Source of the DNA: Podarcis erhardii
Taxonomy: Eukaryota
Strand: one strand, 5' to 3'
Length of the DNA stretch: 64,000 bases
Assembly (NCBI GenBank): GCA_964252035.1
Contig: OZ176206.1
The notes beneath the pieces were generated by a model that was given only the letters and a program-made list of their open reading frames with translations, was not told where the DNA came from and ran no database searches. A program made the translations under genes and the position numbers. Positions 12,963-26,400 of the stretch are shown piece after piece; position 1 is the stretch's first letter, and every line of letters begins with the position of its first letter.

Positions 12963-13185
12963 AGCCAGTGTGGCATAATGGTTAGAGCATTGGGTTATGA
13001 CCTGGGAGAGCAGGGTTTGAATCCCCACTCAGCCGTGAAGCTCACAGGGAGACTTTGAGCCAGTCACTTTCTCTTAGCCTAACCCACCTCACAGGGTTGT
13101 TGTGAGGAAAATGTGAAACACATACACCACTTTGAGCTCCTTGGAGGAAAAGGTGGTATATTGATGCAATAAATAAAGGAATAAG
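12963..13185 (+). mobile_element. tRNA-derived SINE (Squam3-like); other copies at about 36616-36775 and 53379-53595
   Basis: A/B-box head (gtgtggcataatggttagagc...ggtttgaatcccc), cctcacagggttgttgtgagg body, AATAAA-rich tail. Confidence 0.75.
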
Positions 13186-13657
13186 ATAACAAAGTCTGGA
13201 AGAGGAGGGCATTCCATAGACGGGGGTGCAATCTTCTCTCAGTGGTAAGGTGTATTGTGCATTGGCTGAAATAACATACAGGTATGTATTATGTCATGGG
13301 AAATGCTTTGTGAAAATGGTATATATTAGGTAAAGTTGTTTACAAAAATGTGTCTGTTAAGAGAAACTTGCACTCAAATGTTTGTGAATTTTCATGAGTT
13401 TTAAAAATAAATTTGCAAACTGATGTGGAAATGTGGAGAACTCAATTTAAAATGGGGGTAAAAATGAGAAATGGAAAGAATTGGTGGCCCAGTTGCTGTG
13501 CTACTGATGCATTTCATTACTACATCACCATTAAAATTTGTATACTGCCTTATACCCATAGATCTCAGTGCGGTTCACAACATGAAAAGCTATTTATTAT
13601 CTAAAAGGGGGAAAATGTGTTCTTTTGTGTTAATCTATTTCTTTCCTCCAATTGCAG

Positions 13658-13776
13658 ACAGTTCCACAGTAAATCTGGCCACGGTGTCATGGACACCTGG
13701 TACGACAACCCTGTGCCTAATTATCCTCCCAACAACAGAATTGTAACCAAAGAACGCAGGAAAAGCTTCCAGACTG
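13658..13776 (+). CDS. NECAB2: NECAB2 coding exon (RQFHSKSGHGVMDTWYDNPVPNYPPNNRIVTKERRKSFQT)
   Basis: ttgcag|A acceptor, CTG|gtgagt donor, 119 bp; phase 2 in and phase 1 out fit the neighbouring exons. Confidence 0.88.
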
Positions 13777-14455
13777 GTGAGTGTTGCTACAGATGCTGGG
13801 AAGCCAGCCTTGAGTAGGTTGGTGGGTTGCATGACCATCAATGAAAATTAATCAATGGGAGCTAAGTAGTGCTTTTTTTCTATAAAAAAATGTTTAGGGG
13901 TATTCTTTGCAACCACAATCTGAATTCAAGCTGTGAAGGAAGACTCCAGAGGGGCCCTAGAATGTGTTCCTGATTATTCCTTGGACACTCCTGCCCACCT
14001 GTCAAACATTGCTCACAGAGGCCAGTTCTGTTTTAGGAGAAGAGCCTAGAGCCCTGTGGCAGGGCCTGATATGGGGAACCTGCAGTCCCTATAGCCTATA
14101 GCCATTGGGCTATAGTTCCCATCATCCCTGACCACTGGCCATGTTGGCTGGTGGGGTGGGACTGATGAGAGCTGGTGTCACTCTGGAAGGCCACAGCCCC
14201 TGTCCCTGGCACAGACAGCACTGTGTTAGATGGTACAATGATCTGACCTTGGTATAAGGCAATTTTGTGTATGCCAAGGGAGATATACGAGGTCAGCTAT
14301 TCAGCCAAGGAAGACTGCCAAATGCTGTGAAACCTTTTTGTGTTGTTGTCCCTCCTGGCAAATGCTACTTTTTTCTGTTGCAGCCTGGTCCAGAATGTCT
14401 GCAATCTCTTGCCCGATGTCCTTTTCTTGCCCCATAACTACCTTTCTTTCTGCAG

Positions 14456-14535
14456 CCTCTTCAGACACCAAGGAGGAAGGCTTGGAAGCTCAGATCAACA
14501 GGTTAGCAGAGTTGATTGGGAGGCTGGAAAACAAG
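14456..14535 (+). CDS. NECAB2: NECAB2 coding exon (ASSDTKEEGLEAQINRLAELIGRLENK)
   Basis: tttctgcag|CC acceptor, AAG|gtaagg donor, 80 bp; matches the KEEGLEAQISRLAELIGRLE motif. Confidence 0.95.
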
Positions 14536-14659
14536 GTAAGGAGGACCTTGTGTTTTAAAAAATCTATTTTGACAGTGTCATCATGACGAAAACAACATTG
14601 TGGTTCCATCAGTTTTATTAGACACTCGTAACAATACCACTCTGACATTAAAGTACACC

Positions 14660-14975
14660 AGACTGATCAGCCTTGTGATTCAACACTGCACCTGATATCA
14701 TCTCCAAGAGCTCTGGCTGGATGGCTGCTAGACAGTGGGAGGCGCCAACAGAATCCAGGTTCCCAACACCAGGTACAGGTAAATGTTAACTCACCAACAG
14801 CTGATGAGGAGGTTTGGACCCTAAAGATCAAAGTCTCTGTCTCTCTAACCTCAAATCTCAGCTGGTGTTGAACCACACAACCTGGAGGACACATTTGGGA
14901 GAGGCATGTCCCTCCTACTTTCCCCAACCAGGTTTTAGTGACACAAACAAGGTCAGCAATAGCACCCAAAAATCT
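14660..14975 (-). mobile_element. Old LINE (L2-like) APE endonuclease remnant
   Basis: ADLVCVTKTWLGKVGG...CPPGCVVQHQ resembles the ADLxCxTETW motif; degraded, with frameshifts. Confidence 0.65.
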
Positions 14976-15478
14976 GACAGGACCTTAGGTTTGGTCCCCA
15001 GGTAATAAGGTTGGAAGATGGACTAGATGAAGAGTAGGCTTTCCTTTTTGCCCTGCACCTCTGTTGTACCAGTGGTCACTGTAAGATTTATAAATTCAGT
15101 TTATCTCACCATAGTGGGATGAATTTTGCCCATGCTCAGTCTGCTGCCCAGGGACTAACTGTTGATGGAGAGCTTGAAGTATTCCCCCCACTTCCTTAGA
15201 GTTCTTTTTCTTTAAAGCAGATTTGGGCCAGACTGACTTTCAAAGAGAAAGCTCCTCTAGCAACCCATCTCTGAAAAATAGGACACTTGACCGCCCTGCT
15301 TGTTGACAAGCTAAGTACTGAGTAGGAACTCATGGAATGGAAATGGAGCATAGTGGAAACCTCAGAGTAAATAATGCATAACGCAACAGAAGCATATCAC
15401 CCTTGAATTCTTAAAGTGAGAGGTGAACAGGAAGACCCAAATGTGATACAAAACAGCAAACTAGGACTAAAAGCTGTG

Positions 15479-15483
<5 letters not shown>

Positions 15484-15525
<42 letters not shown>
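15484..15525. repeat. (GA)21 microsatellite
   Basis: Direct count. Confidence 0.97.
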
Positions 15526-15530
<5 letters not shown>

Positions 15531-18500
15531 AATGGTTTTCATCTTTTTACGGGGTGGGGCAAGAATGAGCATTTTTTGTCAATCACCTTTTTGATGTTAT
15601 TTTTTACGTTTTGTATTCTGGATTCTGTGCTCTGTATGCTTTTACAATTTTAAGTAGCTTTGATGAATGAAAAGCAAATGGTCATGATGAGGTAGAGATG
15701 CTCCGAAAATTCAGTTCTCCCAAATTTCTCCCTGGTGATTGTGTACTTTGAAATTTCCAGGGGAGTAGGGGAACGGATAGGAAATTGAGTGGAAGGGAGG
15801 GGGTGGAATATTGTGGAATATCCATGCTTCAATATTTTGTTGCAGGTTCCACTTCTTAAACCAGAATTTAAGATGGGTAAAACACTAGGCAGAGTGAACT
15901 GGAGAAGCAATTGGGGATCATAACTGGGGAAATCCTTCCTTCCATGCTGTAATGTGAAGATGGGGGGAGGGAGGCAGGGATGATGAGGTAGACGTAGGAA
16001 CATTTGCCTAGGCAGGTGCATGTTTGTGGCTCACAAGTGCAGTGGAAATAACTCAAATCAGACAGCAGTGTTGGGTGAAATCAGGCCACAACTTCATTAG
16101 CTAAACAGCAGGTAAGCAGGGCTGGCATGGCAGTAGAGCGAGGATCAATTTCTTCTTCCACTCAGCCCTTCCTGGTGGAATGGTATTCTGCTTAGAGTTT
16201 GGAAGCACCCAACCTCCACCCCCCATGGGAGTTGCCCAGTGATGAACCTTGGCATGCTGCTGCTATCCTATTTAATGCAGTGGGGCTTACTCTCAGGTAA
16301 GTGGGGTTCGGACGGCACCATAACTTATCTTAGAATCCATAGTATATTATTTGCAGCCCTCAGTATTTTAATACATGCATTCACTTGGGCCATGTCTTGA
16401 AGCCATGTTTTATGGATGGTGCAGCAATAAAACTGCTAGCACATTTGCAAAGCTAAGCAGGGTCTGGTATAGTTTCAAACTGGATGGGGGACCACATGTC
16501 AAGATTCCTGCATTGAAGAGGGTTGGACTAGATGACCCTCAGGGTCACTTCTAAAGCTACAATTATATGATTCTATGAAGTCCTTCAAATTCAGAGCTGT
16601 GCAGCTGGATCTGACTGGTGGGCCAGCTAGTTATGTCCCCCACCCCCGCAGGCAAAGTTTGACAGGTCCAATCACCCCACCCCACGTCACAATCATAGGC
16701 AATCATAGGCATAGCCTACAAAGTGCTGGGATCGCCAGGTCTAACAAAGCACTGTGCACACGGGCTTTGCAAGGCCTGATGTTCAGCTGATGGTTGGGTT
16801 TTGTGAACAGTGCTTTGCAGGTGCCATTGATCAGCAGTGCCTGCAAGCTCACTTTTGGCTGAGTTTCATCTCCACCTACCCCATCAGTTGGTTGTTGGAT
16901 GAAAGCACTGTGCAAAATTGCGCTCTTAATTGGGGGTTTTGAAGATGTCTCCAGAAGCCCAGGTCAAAGCACTGTCTTGCCCTGCACTTTGAAAGGGGCT
17001 TTATAGACACCACAGAGCAGCTGATTTGCAGTGCCCGCAAGCATCTTTTCTGCTGAGCTCCATCCCCTCCTGCTGCACCCCTGCTATCATGCATCACATC
17101 CTGTGTAGGGCAGGTGGGTGTGACCTTTTGGGTGTAATGAAGGCAGCAGGCTAGAGGTCTTCCCTGCTGTTCTAAGTTTTCCTTATGAATTCTAACGCTG
17201 GTACCTGGATTTGCTTGCTGCCAACAGGAGCAAAGGACGTGGATTTTGTTCCAGAAATAATTCATAGAAATGTACACACATTCTAAAGCTCACAAATATG
17301 GACTGGTATTCACACACACACACACACTGTTACCTTGACAACCAGCTTCTAAAAATGTGGCCAAGATGATCATTATTTTATAGAGGTGCCCCTCTCCCTG
17401 GGTTGTTATGACAACACAAAAGAATAACTGTGAGGTCTCCAGTATATGACTCTTCCAAAGGAGTCTCTGTAACAAGCAGGCAATACTTGCACTTAGTGGA
17501 GTTTGGAGATCCCTGGCCTAGCTGGTTATCCAGGAAGCCACCCCAGCATAGCCACACAAGGGATTTAAGGGTGCTTCAGCCCTAGACACTTGCTGACTGT
17601 TCTGCTCCTGCAAGGTGCTCCAGAAGTTACCAACTAAGGGCTGAAGTCGGAGGACCCTGGGGCTTGGCAGAGCAAGGAGAACCTTGTCTCTTTGTGACTG
17701 CACTTTAGTGAAAAATGCAAAAAAATAATATAAATTTAATTAATAAGCAATACAAAACAATTATCTAACTACATTGTAGAAAGAGTTAAGGACAAAAATC
17801 TTCATGCTGCATATAGAGCAAATCAGTGAAAAATAGTAAAAATAAATTCTTCCTTAACTTATTTTACAGTAACATGTAATCAGTCACAGTTCCTTCTGTC
17901 TCCCATTATCCAGTCTAATTGTTAACATTTGACATTTGACATTTGCTCCTCCATCTTTCCTGGCTTCCTTTTCTTTTCTTTTTTTGCATACATGATCCTT
18001 GCTAAAGTGAAGATAGACAATACTTGGTGACAGATATTCTTAGATCTCCTTGAATTGTTCACATTGTTCAACAGACATAGCAATAGTCAGCCTGAAACCC
18101 CAGAGAGCTGCTGGCCGTCAGAGCAGACAGAACTGAGCTACAGTGCAGAATCTGGAGAAATGTAAATTTCAGAGGATTACAGCGTTTCAGTTGAAATATT
18201 GTATCAGAAACTATGGATCATATTAAAATCCAAACCAAACTGAATTTCCATGCTCCCCCATCCCAATCCCTAGCTACTCATCCGCAACCCTCCCTGCTCA
18301 CGGGGAGACTGGCCCTGTCCGTGGCTAACCTTTCCTGCAGCATTTCCTATAGCTTAGGGAATTTGGATCGGAAAACATGCCAGCCTTCTTCCTTCTCACA
18401 TTAACAATTCATGGGGAGGAGGGAGAATTTCCCTTCCTCTGATGCACATCACACAGCAAAGGCGTTTAATCTATCTCAGGCGTTTAATCTATCTCAACAC

Positions 18501-18894
18501 CACAGGAGAAATACGAACCCTTACAGGAGCCACTAATTAAGAAGTGGACTCAGGTTATGCAGTAGCATGGCACATTTGGGGTCGATGTGTGTGAGAGCAA
18601 GCAGGGATTTTTGGGTTGTTGTTTTTCAAAAACAGGAATATGAGGTGGTGTTTTTTAAGCATAGTGGTATAGTTTTGGTTGCCTCGCCCCCAAAAGGATA
18701 TTGTAAAGTTGGAAAAGGTTTAGAAAAGGGCAACCAAGGAGATGAAGCAACTCCTCTGAGAGAAGAAGTTGTAGTATATGGGATGTTTTACTTTACAGAA
18801 AAGGCAAGTAAGAAGCAACACGATAGACGTTTATAGAATTATATGTAGGCTGGAGAAGATGGATAGGCAAGTTTTTCTCCCTCTGTCATAACAC

Positions 18895-19195
18895 TGGATC
18901 CACTCCCATCGTTTTGCCTGGACACTGAAGTCCAGCACTGAGGGCCTTCTGGTGGCTCCCTCCCTGTGAGAAGTGAGGTTACCAGGAAGCAGGCAGAGGG
19001 CCTTCTCGGTGGTGGCGCCTGCCCTGTGGAACGCCCTCCCACCAGATGTCAAGGAAATAAACAAGTATCTGACTTTTAGAAGACATCTGAAGGCAGCCCT
19101 GTTTAGGGAAGTTTTTCATGTTTGATGTTTTATCGTATTTTTAATGTTACATTGGGAGCTGCCCAGAGTGGCTGGGGAAACCCAGCCAGATGGAC
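18895..19195 (+). mobile_element. L2 3' fragment
   Basis: gcagagggccttctcggtggtggcgcc...gggaagttttt and the 3' hairpin, same as other copies. Confidence 0.9.
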
Positions 19196-20827
19196 ATCCT
19201 TAAACTATGGTACTCATTCCTCAGTTTGATTGTTTTAAAAGAGGGTTAGACAAATTCATGGAAGATTATGCTATCAGCGGCTACTGGCCACAATGGCTAT
19301 ATTCTGTCTCCAATGTCAGAGGCTTTATGCCTATGAGTACCAGTTGCTAGGAATCACAGGTGGGCAGAGTGCTGTTGAGCTCAACTCCAGCTTGTTATGT
19401 TTCCCTCAAGCATCTGGTTGGAGCAGTATGGTGGGCTGGCTGGGCCACTGGCCTGTTCCAGCAGGCTTGCCTTGTGAAGCATCAAAAGACTGGGTGGAAC
19501 TTCTGAAGTTTGGTCAGTTTAATTGTGCCCTAAGATTCTTTTACTTGTGAAACTGTTTATTGCTAGACTGGGGTATCTGTGACCCTCTAGATGCTGCTAG
19601 GCTACACTCCCATTGCCCCTGCCCACTGGCCATGCTGGCTGGGGCTGATGGGAACTGGAGTCAAACAACCTCTGGAAGGCCACAGGTGCGTGGTTTCATT
19701 TTTGTTTGATATGTTCCTGTGTATTTTGGTGAACATATTGTTAATTGATGCAGATGTTATTTTCTAATGCTTTGTTCTTGCTTTGAGCTCAACTTTGTTT
19801 ATGGAAAAGCGATATATACACATTGAATCAAATCAGAGTGAAATGTTCGCTAATTGTAGCAAGTGGGGAATTTGCATGTGTGTGTGAATCACACAGATTA
19901 AAGAGGAAGCAGAACTTTCCGTCTCTGCGTTTCAGCTGAGGCTTAGCCCATAAATACAGCAAAATGAAGTGGTAAAGTCCTACACTGGCAGAGTGGTCTG
20001 TGCCATTTCAGACTGCATGGGGAATGGAGAAAAAGCACAGAGCCTCGGTCCTAGATGACACTGATTGCTGCAATGGGTATCAAATAAATAAACTTCAGTC
20101 GCAATGTCTTGGTGAATTCTGATTAGATACTTTGTGTATGAAATATGATCTGTTCTACCTAGGACTTGGGGGAGAAATTTGACTTAGTTTGCCTTTTAAT
20201 GAGAAACTACATAATTCACACTTTTCAAATTGACTTGTTATCTGAAACACACTTATCCTTCAAAGCTCAGTTCTCTGAATTTTGTGTTTTCCAAGCAAAC
20301 CTTGTGTATGAAAATGCACATAATTGGGTGGAAGTATTCTGAAAAGGCATATATTGCTTAAAATAACTATAATGTACATGCATTATATAAGAGAAATACA
20401 GAAAGTTTGTATTTTAGTCAAAACTGCATACAAAAAAAATGTGTCTGTTAGGCAAAATTAGCACAATCGTGACCAATTGTCATAGGGATTTTTGTTTTGT
20501 GTTTTTTTAAAATCAAATTGCTGCAGAAATGTGGAGAACTGAATCTAATAGAGAAAAGATGAGGCACCTAGAAAAACAAAATAGATAGATTAGCCCATCT
20601 CTACCACACTGGCTCATGCAATGGGTGTCATACAGAACAATCCTGAGCTGCAATGTCTTTTGGTGAATTCTGGTTAACTAGTTTGTATATGAAATAAGCT
20701 CTGTTCCATGTGAACTCCTATGTCACACAGCTGCTAATGGGGGCTTTTGCTGATTTTTGTTGTTTCTGGCAGGTGTTTTCACTACTAAAGCTTCTAACCT
20801 TTCTAAAAATTGTTTCCCCCACTACAG

Positions 20828-20884
20828 ACTCTTTGGTTTGACCTGCATCAGCGACTGTCAGACAGTGAAAACACAGCTTGCACA
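20828..20884 (+). CDS. NECAB2: NECAB2 coding exon (TLWFDLHQRLSDSENTACT)
   Basis: ctacag|ACT acceptor, ACA|gtgagt donor, 57 bp; LWFDL.QRLSD motif. Confidence 0.92.
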
Positions 20885-21379
20885 GTGAGTACTCAAAAAA
20901 GTTCCTGTCTCTCTTCAGGAAATAAAATACATTTACATATGCAAATCACCAGAATGGGGAGGGGCGTTTGCCCCCACCCCTTCATCTTAGACCTCCATCT
21001 GCTGCAAATATGACTCGAAAGGTCATTTCTTCTTTATGCAAGCCAGGAGGAAGGCCTAATGAGCTTTCCCCTCCTGTGGAATCCTAGGTTGTCCAACACA
21101 TGCTGTCCCCTCTTATATCAACATGAAACACCATCTCAGCCATATGGTCCATTCGCTGTTTTTGCAACCCCTCGAAGAAAGGAAGCAGGTCCCAACTTCC
21201 TTAAAACTGGAGGAGAGACTTGTTTTCTTTAACACAATTTGTATACCACTTAATTGTAAAAACCTCTAAGCTGTTAACATAAATAAAATTGTTGATAAAA
21301 GTCAATAGTTAAAGAAAAAGTTCACCTAAAAAACTAAAAACAGATGAAATGAGCAGTTAAAACACACATTAAAAATAAA

Positions 21380-21730
21380 ATTGCATGTTAAAATACATGT
21401 CATCTTCTCTAAACAAAAACTGAAAACAGGACAGCGAAGGCCCAGTGTCAATGGACAGGGAGTTCCACAGGATAGGTGCTGCCATATTGAAAAATTGATT
21501 CTTTCCCATGCAGAACAAATATTGAGTGACACATATTGAGTGACAAATATTGAGTGACAAATATTGTGACACAGTTCTTCATATCAAAGTAGTTGAGTAG
21601 ACACAGATGGGGGAAGGTGATCTTCAAAGTAAACTGGTCTCACGCTGTTAAGGGCTTTATAGACTAATAGCAAAAACCTTTAACATGGCCTGCTAACAAA
21701 TTGGCAGCCAGTGCAGATGTCATATGATCT
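21380..21730 (-). mobile_element. Old degenerate L2 3' fragment
   Basis: gggagttccacaggataggtgctgccatattgaaaaa and the following ORF2-end-like sequence in reverse orientation. Confidence 0.5.
21515..21570. repeat. Minisatellite, about 4 x 14 bp (ACAAATATTGAGTG)
   Basis: Direct reading. Confidence 0.9.
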
Positions 21731-22389
21731 CACTACACATTTTTATGTGCAATTTCCCCTAGCATACATACCCATTATTGCAAAGCATATTTCCACCACT
21801 ATATATTTTTTTTCCATGCACACTTTACCTTGGTACCTGCATTTTTGTACACATTACTTGGCTGGAGAACTGTATTGCAAAATTCAGAGGAGGGTGAATT
21901 TCCCAGGGTGGCTGTCTCTCAGCTCACATATTATTGCAGAAAGTGCCAGTGAGGTAGATTTGCCTGTAATATGAGAAATGAATCACATTTCTCCTCCGCA
22001 TCTAGCAGTAGCCTGGTAAATAAATAAACATCAAGGCCAGTTCATAATACTGTGTTCTGGTTTGACTCTGCAGTTGCCAGCTCTAAAAGTCTATGATACT
22101 GTTATTGTAATTGTGAACACACTATTAGTTGATCTAAAGACAGTGGCCAGCCTGCAAACATATGTGGGTGCAATCGCCAAATGGATGAGTCAGCTAAATA
22201 TTGCAGCCCAGTGGCAAATATGAGTTTTGAAGCCTGTGGGAAATGCCTTTTGAAACCTCACAAACTATAGAGAGGTGGCTGGCTCAGATCTAGGGCTTTG
22301 GCAGCTGGTCTCTGCTACAAGCAAAACCCAGCTGAATTTTATAAAATGGTAAATACTGCAGAATCATCATTTCTACTTAAGCAAAAAAG

Positions 22390-23491
22390 ATGCTGCGATG
22401 GACAGCAGAGCCAGACCAGAGTCTGGTGATGTCGTCCCCCTGAAATTTCACCAGAGTGCTGGAGCCTCTCTTTGATTTGCTATAGAGTCTGCTAGCCACA
22501 GAGGGGGAGGAACAGCACTTTGGGGAGGGAGAAGAATAAAAGGAGCCGTTTCTGAAGGGAGAGAGTTAGATAGGGCTGGATTTAAGATGAGAGATAGGGC
22601 TGGGTTTGAGAAGAGGAATATGATTTGATTTGAGATGTTAGACAGGTTTCAGGTTGGGAGACAGGGAGAACTGGTTCGGAGTTAAGTTAAACATCCACAC
22701 TGAGGGGACTATCCATAGCGAGAGGACAGGGCCTCGCAGCTTGGATAGAGAGACCGGGTTGAGTGTCTGGAGACGGTATACAGACAGGAGTGTTCTGGGA
22801 GGGATGTGACTGAACCGGGAGAGAGAGATCTTGTGGGGATACAGGCTACCTGGGTCTCAGTATAGCCAGGAGGGGAGAGTTATTCTAGGTACTGAAGGCT
22901 CCCAACCCAGTAACCAGGGGTGCAGTGATCTCCTGGGTCTATTATATCATTCAGAAGACCTCAGGTGTGGGATAGTTAAGAGAGTGAGTAACTGAGGAGA
23001 AGTGCCCCTTGCTCATGAACCAAAGTATTAAGCTATGAAGGAAGAGGTATGGTATTGAAAGTATGTAACTGTAATATCTAAGTGACAGAAACTAAGTTAG
23101 GCATTTTACCATCTATTCTGGAAACCTGAATATTTATCTACCTGGCGTGTACCAGCAGATTTTTACTAACTGAAGTTTAAGAAGAGTTGTGCCTATAATA
23201 CTTTGTTTAAGCCTGAGGCATCTTATAGTTAGTTAAAGTAAATAAGTTAACTTCTACCTGAAAGGACACATTTCCTTACCCACTTTGTTTCATAAACTTC
23301 TTTTTCGTTTAATACAACTTTTCTTGTTTGTTTAATCATCTGCCTGAGATTCTAAAACATTAAGTTTTGCCTCACATAAGTCCCCCGCTAGATAATCTGT
23401 GGAAAATTGTAGAAATTTGTGTAATTGGTGTACTGTGAGGTGAGTGCACTATCTTTAATTGGCGGCAGTTAGCAGGAGTGGATCCACCACA
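22390..23491 (+). mobile_element. Possible LTR-like insertion
   Basis: Abrupt purine-rich composition, LTR-like organisation, ends ...GGATCCACCACA; left boundary unresolved. Confidence 0.35.
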
Positions 23492-26400
23492 TTATTTATG
23501 GGTGGTATTAATCAGGCAGATTTTCAACTTGAGAAAAAAGATTCATTCTTGCTTTATTTGCAGACTGCGCACAAGATGCATTCATGTTTTTCTTTGACTC
23601 TCCTCCAAGCTGCTGAAGGGAAATGCTTTATAGCTCAGGACTGGTTGACTCTGCAGAGCAGAGCAGTACAAATAAGAGACATGTTTGTCACACTTGGCTA
23701 AGCCTTGATTGCACGCTGAATGCATAAAATGCCTTGAAAATGCAACCTCTACCTGCCAGGGACTCCCCACTGATTCCTTGTGACAGGTCCCAGATGTGTT
23801 TGAAAAGATTAGCTCTGAGATCCTGTTTTTGTTGTTGTGTGAACTGAGCTGTTGCCTGGAGAATGTGCTGCCGTTGAAAGTCTTGTGCCAAAGATTTAAG
23901 CAAGTCCCTGTCCCTGATTCCCTCCAGACAATCTATTAATCAAGCATCCTGATTTGCTTGCACAAAGCTTATGCAGTGGTTAGATTATATTCAGTCTTCA
24001 TTGAGCATTCATTCTGTTTGCAGGACAGTTACATGACATGAGGCATTCATCCTGATTTGCTTACAGGGTGTTTATATGTCTGCCTATTAGCCATTTGTTC
24101 ATCCTACAATTTGAATCCATTCCACCATCACATTCCAAATTGCAAAATGCCTGCTACTTGCAAAAGTGGATTTGGCGCACTAGAGCAACTGAGCCCTTTA
24201 ACCCACTTTACGTGTACAAACCTAAACTTCCCGTATGTGCAGAAATCCCTCCCGCAAAGTATAAACAATCTGGACACCTATCACACCTGCATACAAGCAG
24301 ACATCTTAATACTCATACATCTCTAGAACAAAATCTACATGTGTATGGGCTAGAAACAGATTCATAATGATGCTAGCCATCACTGAGCAGGAGATTTAAC
24401 TCTGCTCTAGTTCTCTGGCACTTGATCAAACTAAGAACGTAAGAAGGGCCCTGCTGGATCCAGCAATGGCCCATGTAGTCCAGCATCCTCTTCTTGCAGT
24501 GGCTAACTGGGTGCCCCTGGACATCCTGCAAGCAGGACCTGAGCACAACAACACTCTGCCCATCTGGATTCCTGCACTGCAGGGGGTTGGACTAGATGAC
24601 CCCTGGGATCCCTTCCAACTCTTCAAGTTCCCAGCAACTGGTGTTCAAAGGCATATTGCCTCTGACTGCAGAGGTGGGACATAGCCACTGTGGCTAGGAG
24701 CTGTTGATAGGCTTACCCTCCATTAATTTGTCTGACTTATAAATTATAATTTTTATTAATTTTCAAGATTAACGTAACAACAATCCTAAGAAATAAACAA
24801 GGGAAAAGGTAATAGAAATTTAGGGATTTGTTTTTTCTTCCCTAAATTAAGGCATTTGACTTTTCTAAACCTGAGCTGATATGTAGCTCAGTTCCAAGCC
24901 TCCCCTTGGTGAGGAATTTGCAGTGTGGGGGAAGGAGGAGGGAGGGCAAAAAGAAAACAGGCCTCCTTTTATTGCCTTCTATCTCCCCAGGCCCACCATA
25001 AGGTAGAGCAAGGCAGCCACCTGCGGCAGGTAGTGGACAAGGAGCCATGTGGTGAGATCTGTGTGTTGTATTGCAAGAGTCAGCTGCCAATCTGTTTCAC
25101 TTCTGTATGTGGAATGGGCACCATTTTGTTTTTTGCCTCAGACAGCAAAACGTCTTGGGCCACATTTGCCTCTCCTTCACCCTGCGAGCCCTATCAAGGG
25201 CCCCACATTTCCTCCATATTAACAAGCAATGTGATTTCAAGCTGCATTCATTGTCAAGCTTTGCTGTTTGGTTCCAGCTGTGAGCAAGGTTAACCGGGGC
25301 GATTGCTTTTCTAATCAAATCCAGCCACTTGTGATTAAAAAAGCAACTCGAGTATGAAAATAGGGCCTGAAAATAGCTTGCCTGCATTTGACAAGAGTGC
25401 CTTCGTATGGTATCTCATGGCAGGGTCGGGGGGGGGGTGTATTTTGACTTCGTAAGGGACGATTCAAAATCCATCTACCTTCGTCTTGCAAATGGGGGTG
25501 GGGTGTAGCTCTCTAATACGAGATGATGGTATTTGAAGAATGACTTCTCATTAGCTCCACTTCATCACTGCTTGATGTTTGGAGGCAGTTGTTGTCAATG
25601 GGGGAGGAAGGAATCCTCTTTCCTATATTGCATAGTTTTTGAACATTTGGAATTTCAGAGCTAGAATGGTATTCGTGACCATTACCTGAGCCACCAGGGT
25701 TCAAATTCCCCACACTGGTCTGAAGCTTGCGTGGACCAGTCGTTCTCTCTTAGGTAGTTGTTATTAACTTGAGTAACACAGATAGAGTCCAGAGATTAAA
25801 GAAAGTGATAATACTTTACTGGGTAAACTGAACAAGAGCAGAGTATAACTTGAGGAGAAAGAAAGATAAAAGCATTTTACATAAAACAATATAAAATATC
25901 AATAAAAAAAACAAGTGACAAAATGCATTAAAATATAAAGTCAGCAATTTTAAAGCAAATCTGCATAATAAAATTACATGAGACAATGAGAACCCAGAAT
26001 GTATCTATCTTCTCTCTCCGTAGATTCTCTCCCTCCTTTCATATTTATGTCACTGGTTTTCTTGCAAGATAGGTACCCAGTATGTCAAGACGTCTTGACA
26101 GTAGATGGCTATTTCTTCCACAGGGAGGGGGCAGAAGGAGTGACAGGGTGGACTCGGGGGTTGAGTGATGGGAAATATGTTAACCGACAAATAAGGATGT
26201 TGAGGAATTCCAACAAAAATAGAAAAAGAAGCAGAAATCCCTGCAGTTTGCACGTTGTTTTCAGGAAAAGAAATCAGTTGAGCAAATACAATCAGTATTC
26301 GTTTACATCATTGTTGTGTTTTAAGCCTGCAAACAACACATAATTAATGATGTTTTCACATTCCCTTTACATTAAAGCGAATGTAGGTTATGGAAACGAT

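Noticed and set aside
20773-20827. Upstream alternative acceptor for the NECAB2 57-bp exon
   Set aside because: 55-nt extension would shift the frame.
25759-26338. Another solo LTR
   Set aside because: Only imperfect TGTT...AACA ends, no TSD and no second copy in the window.
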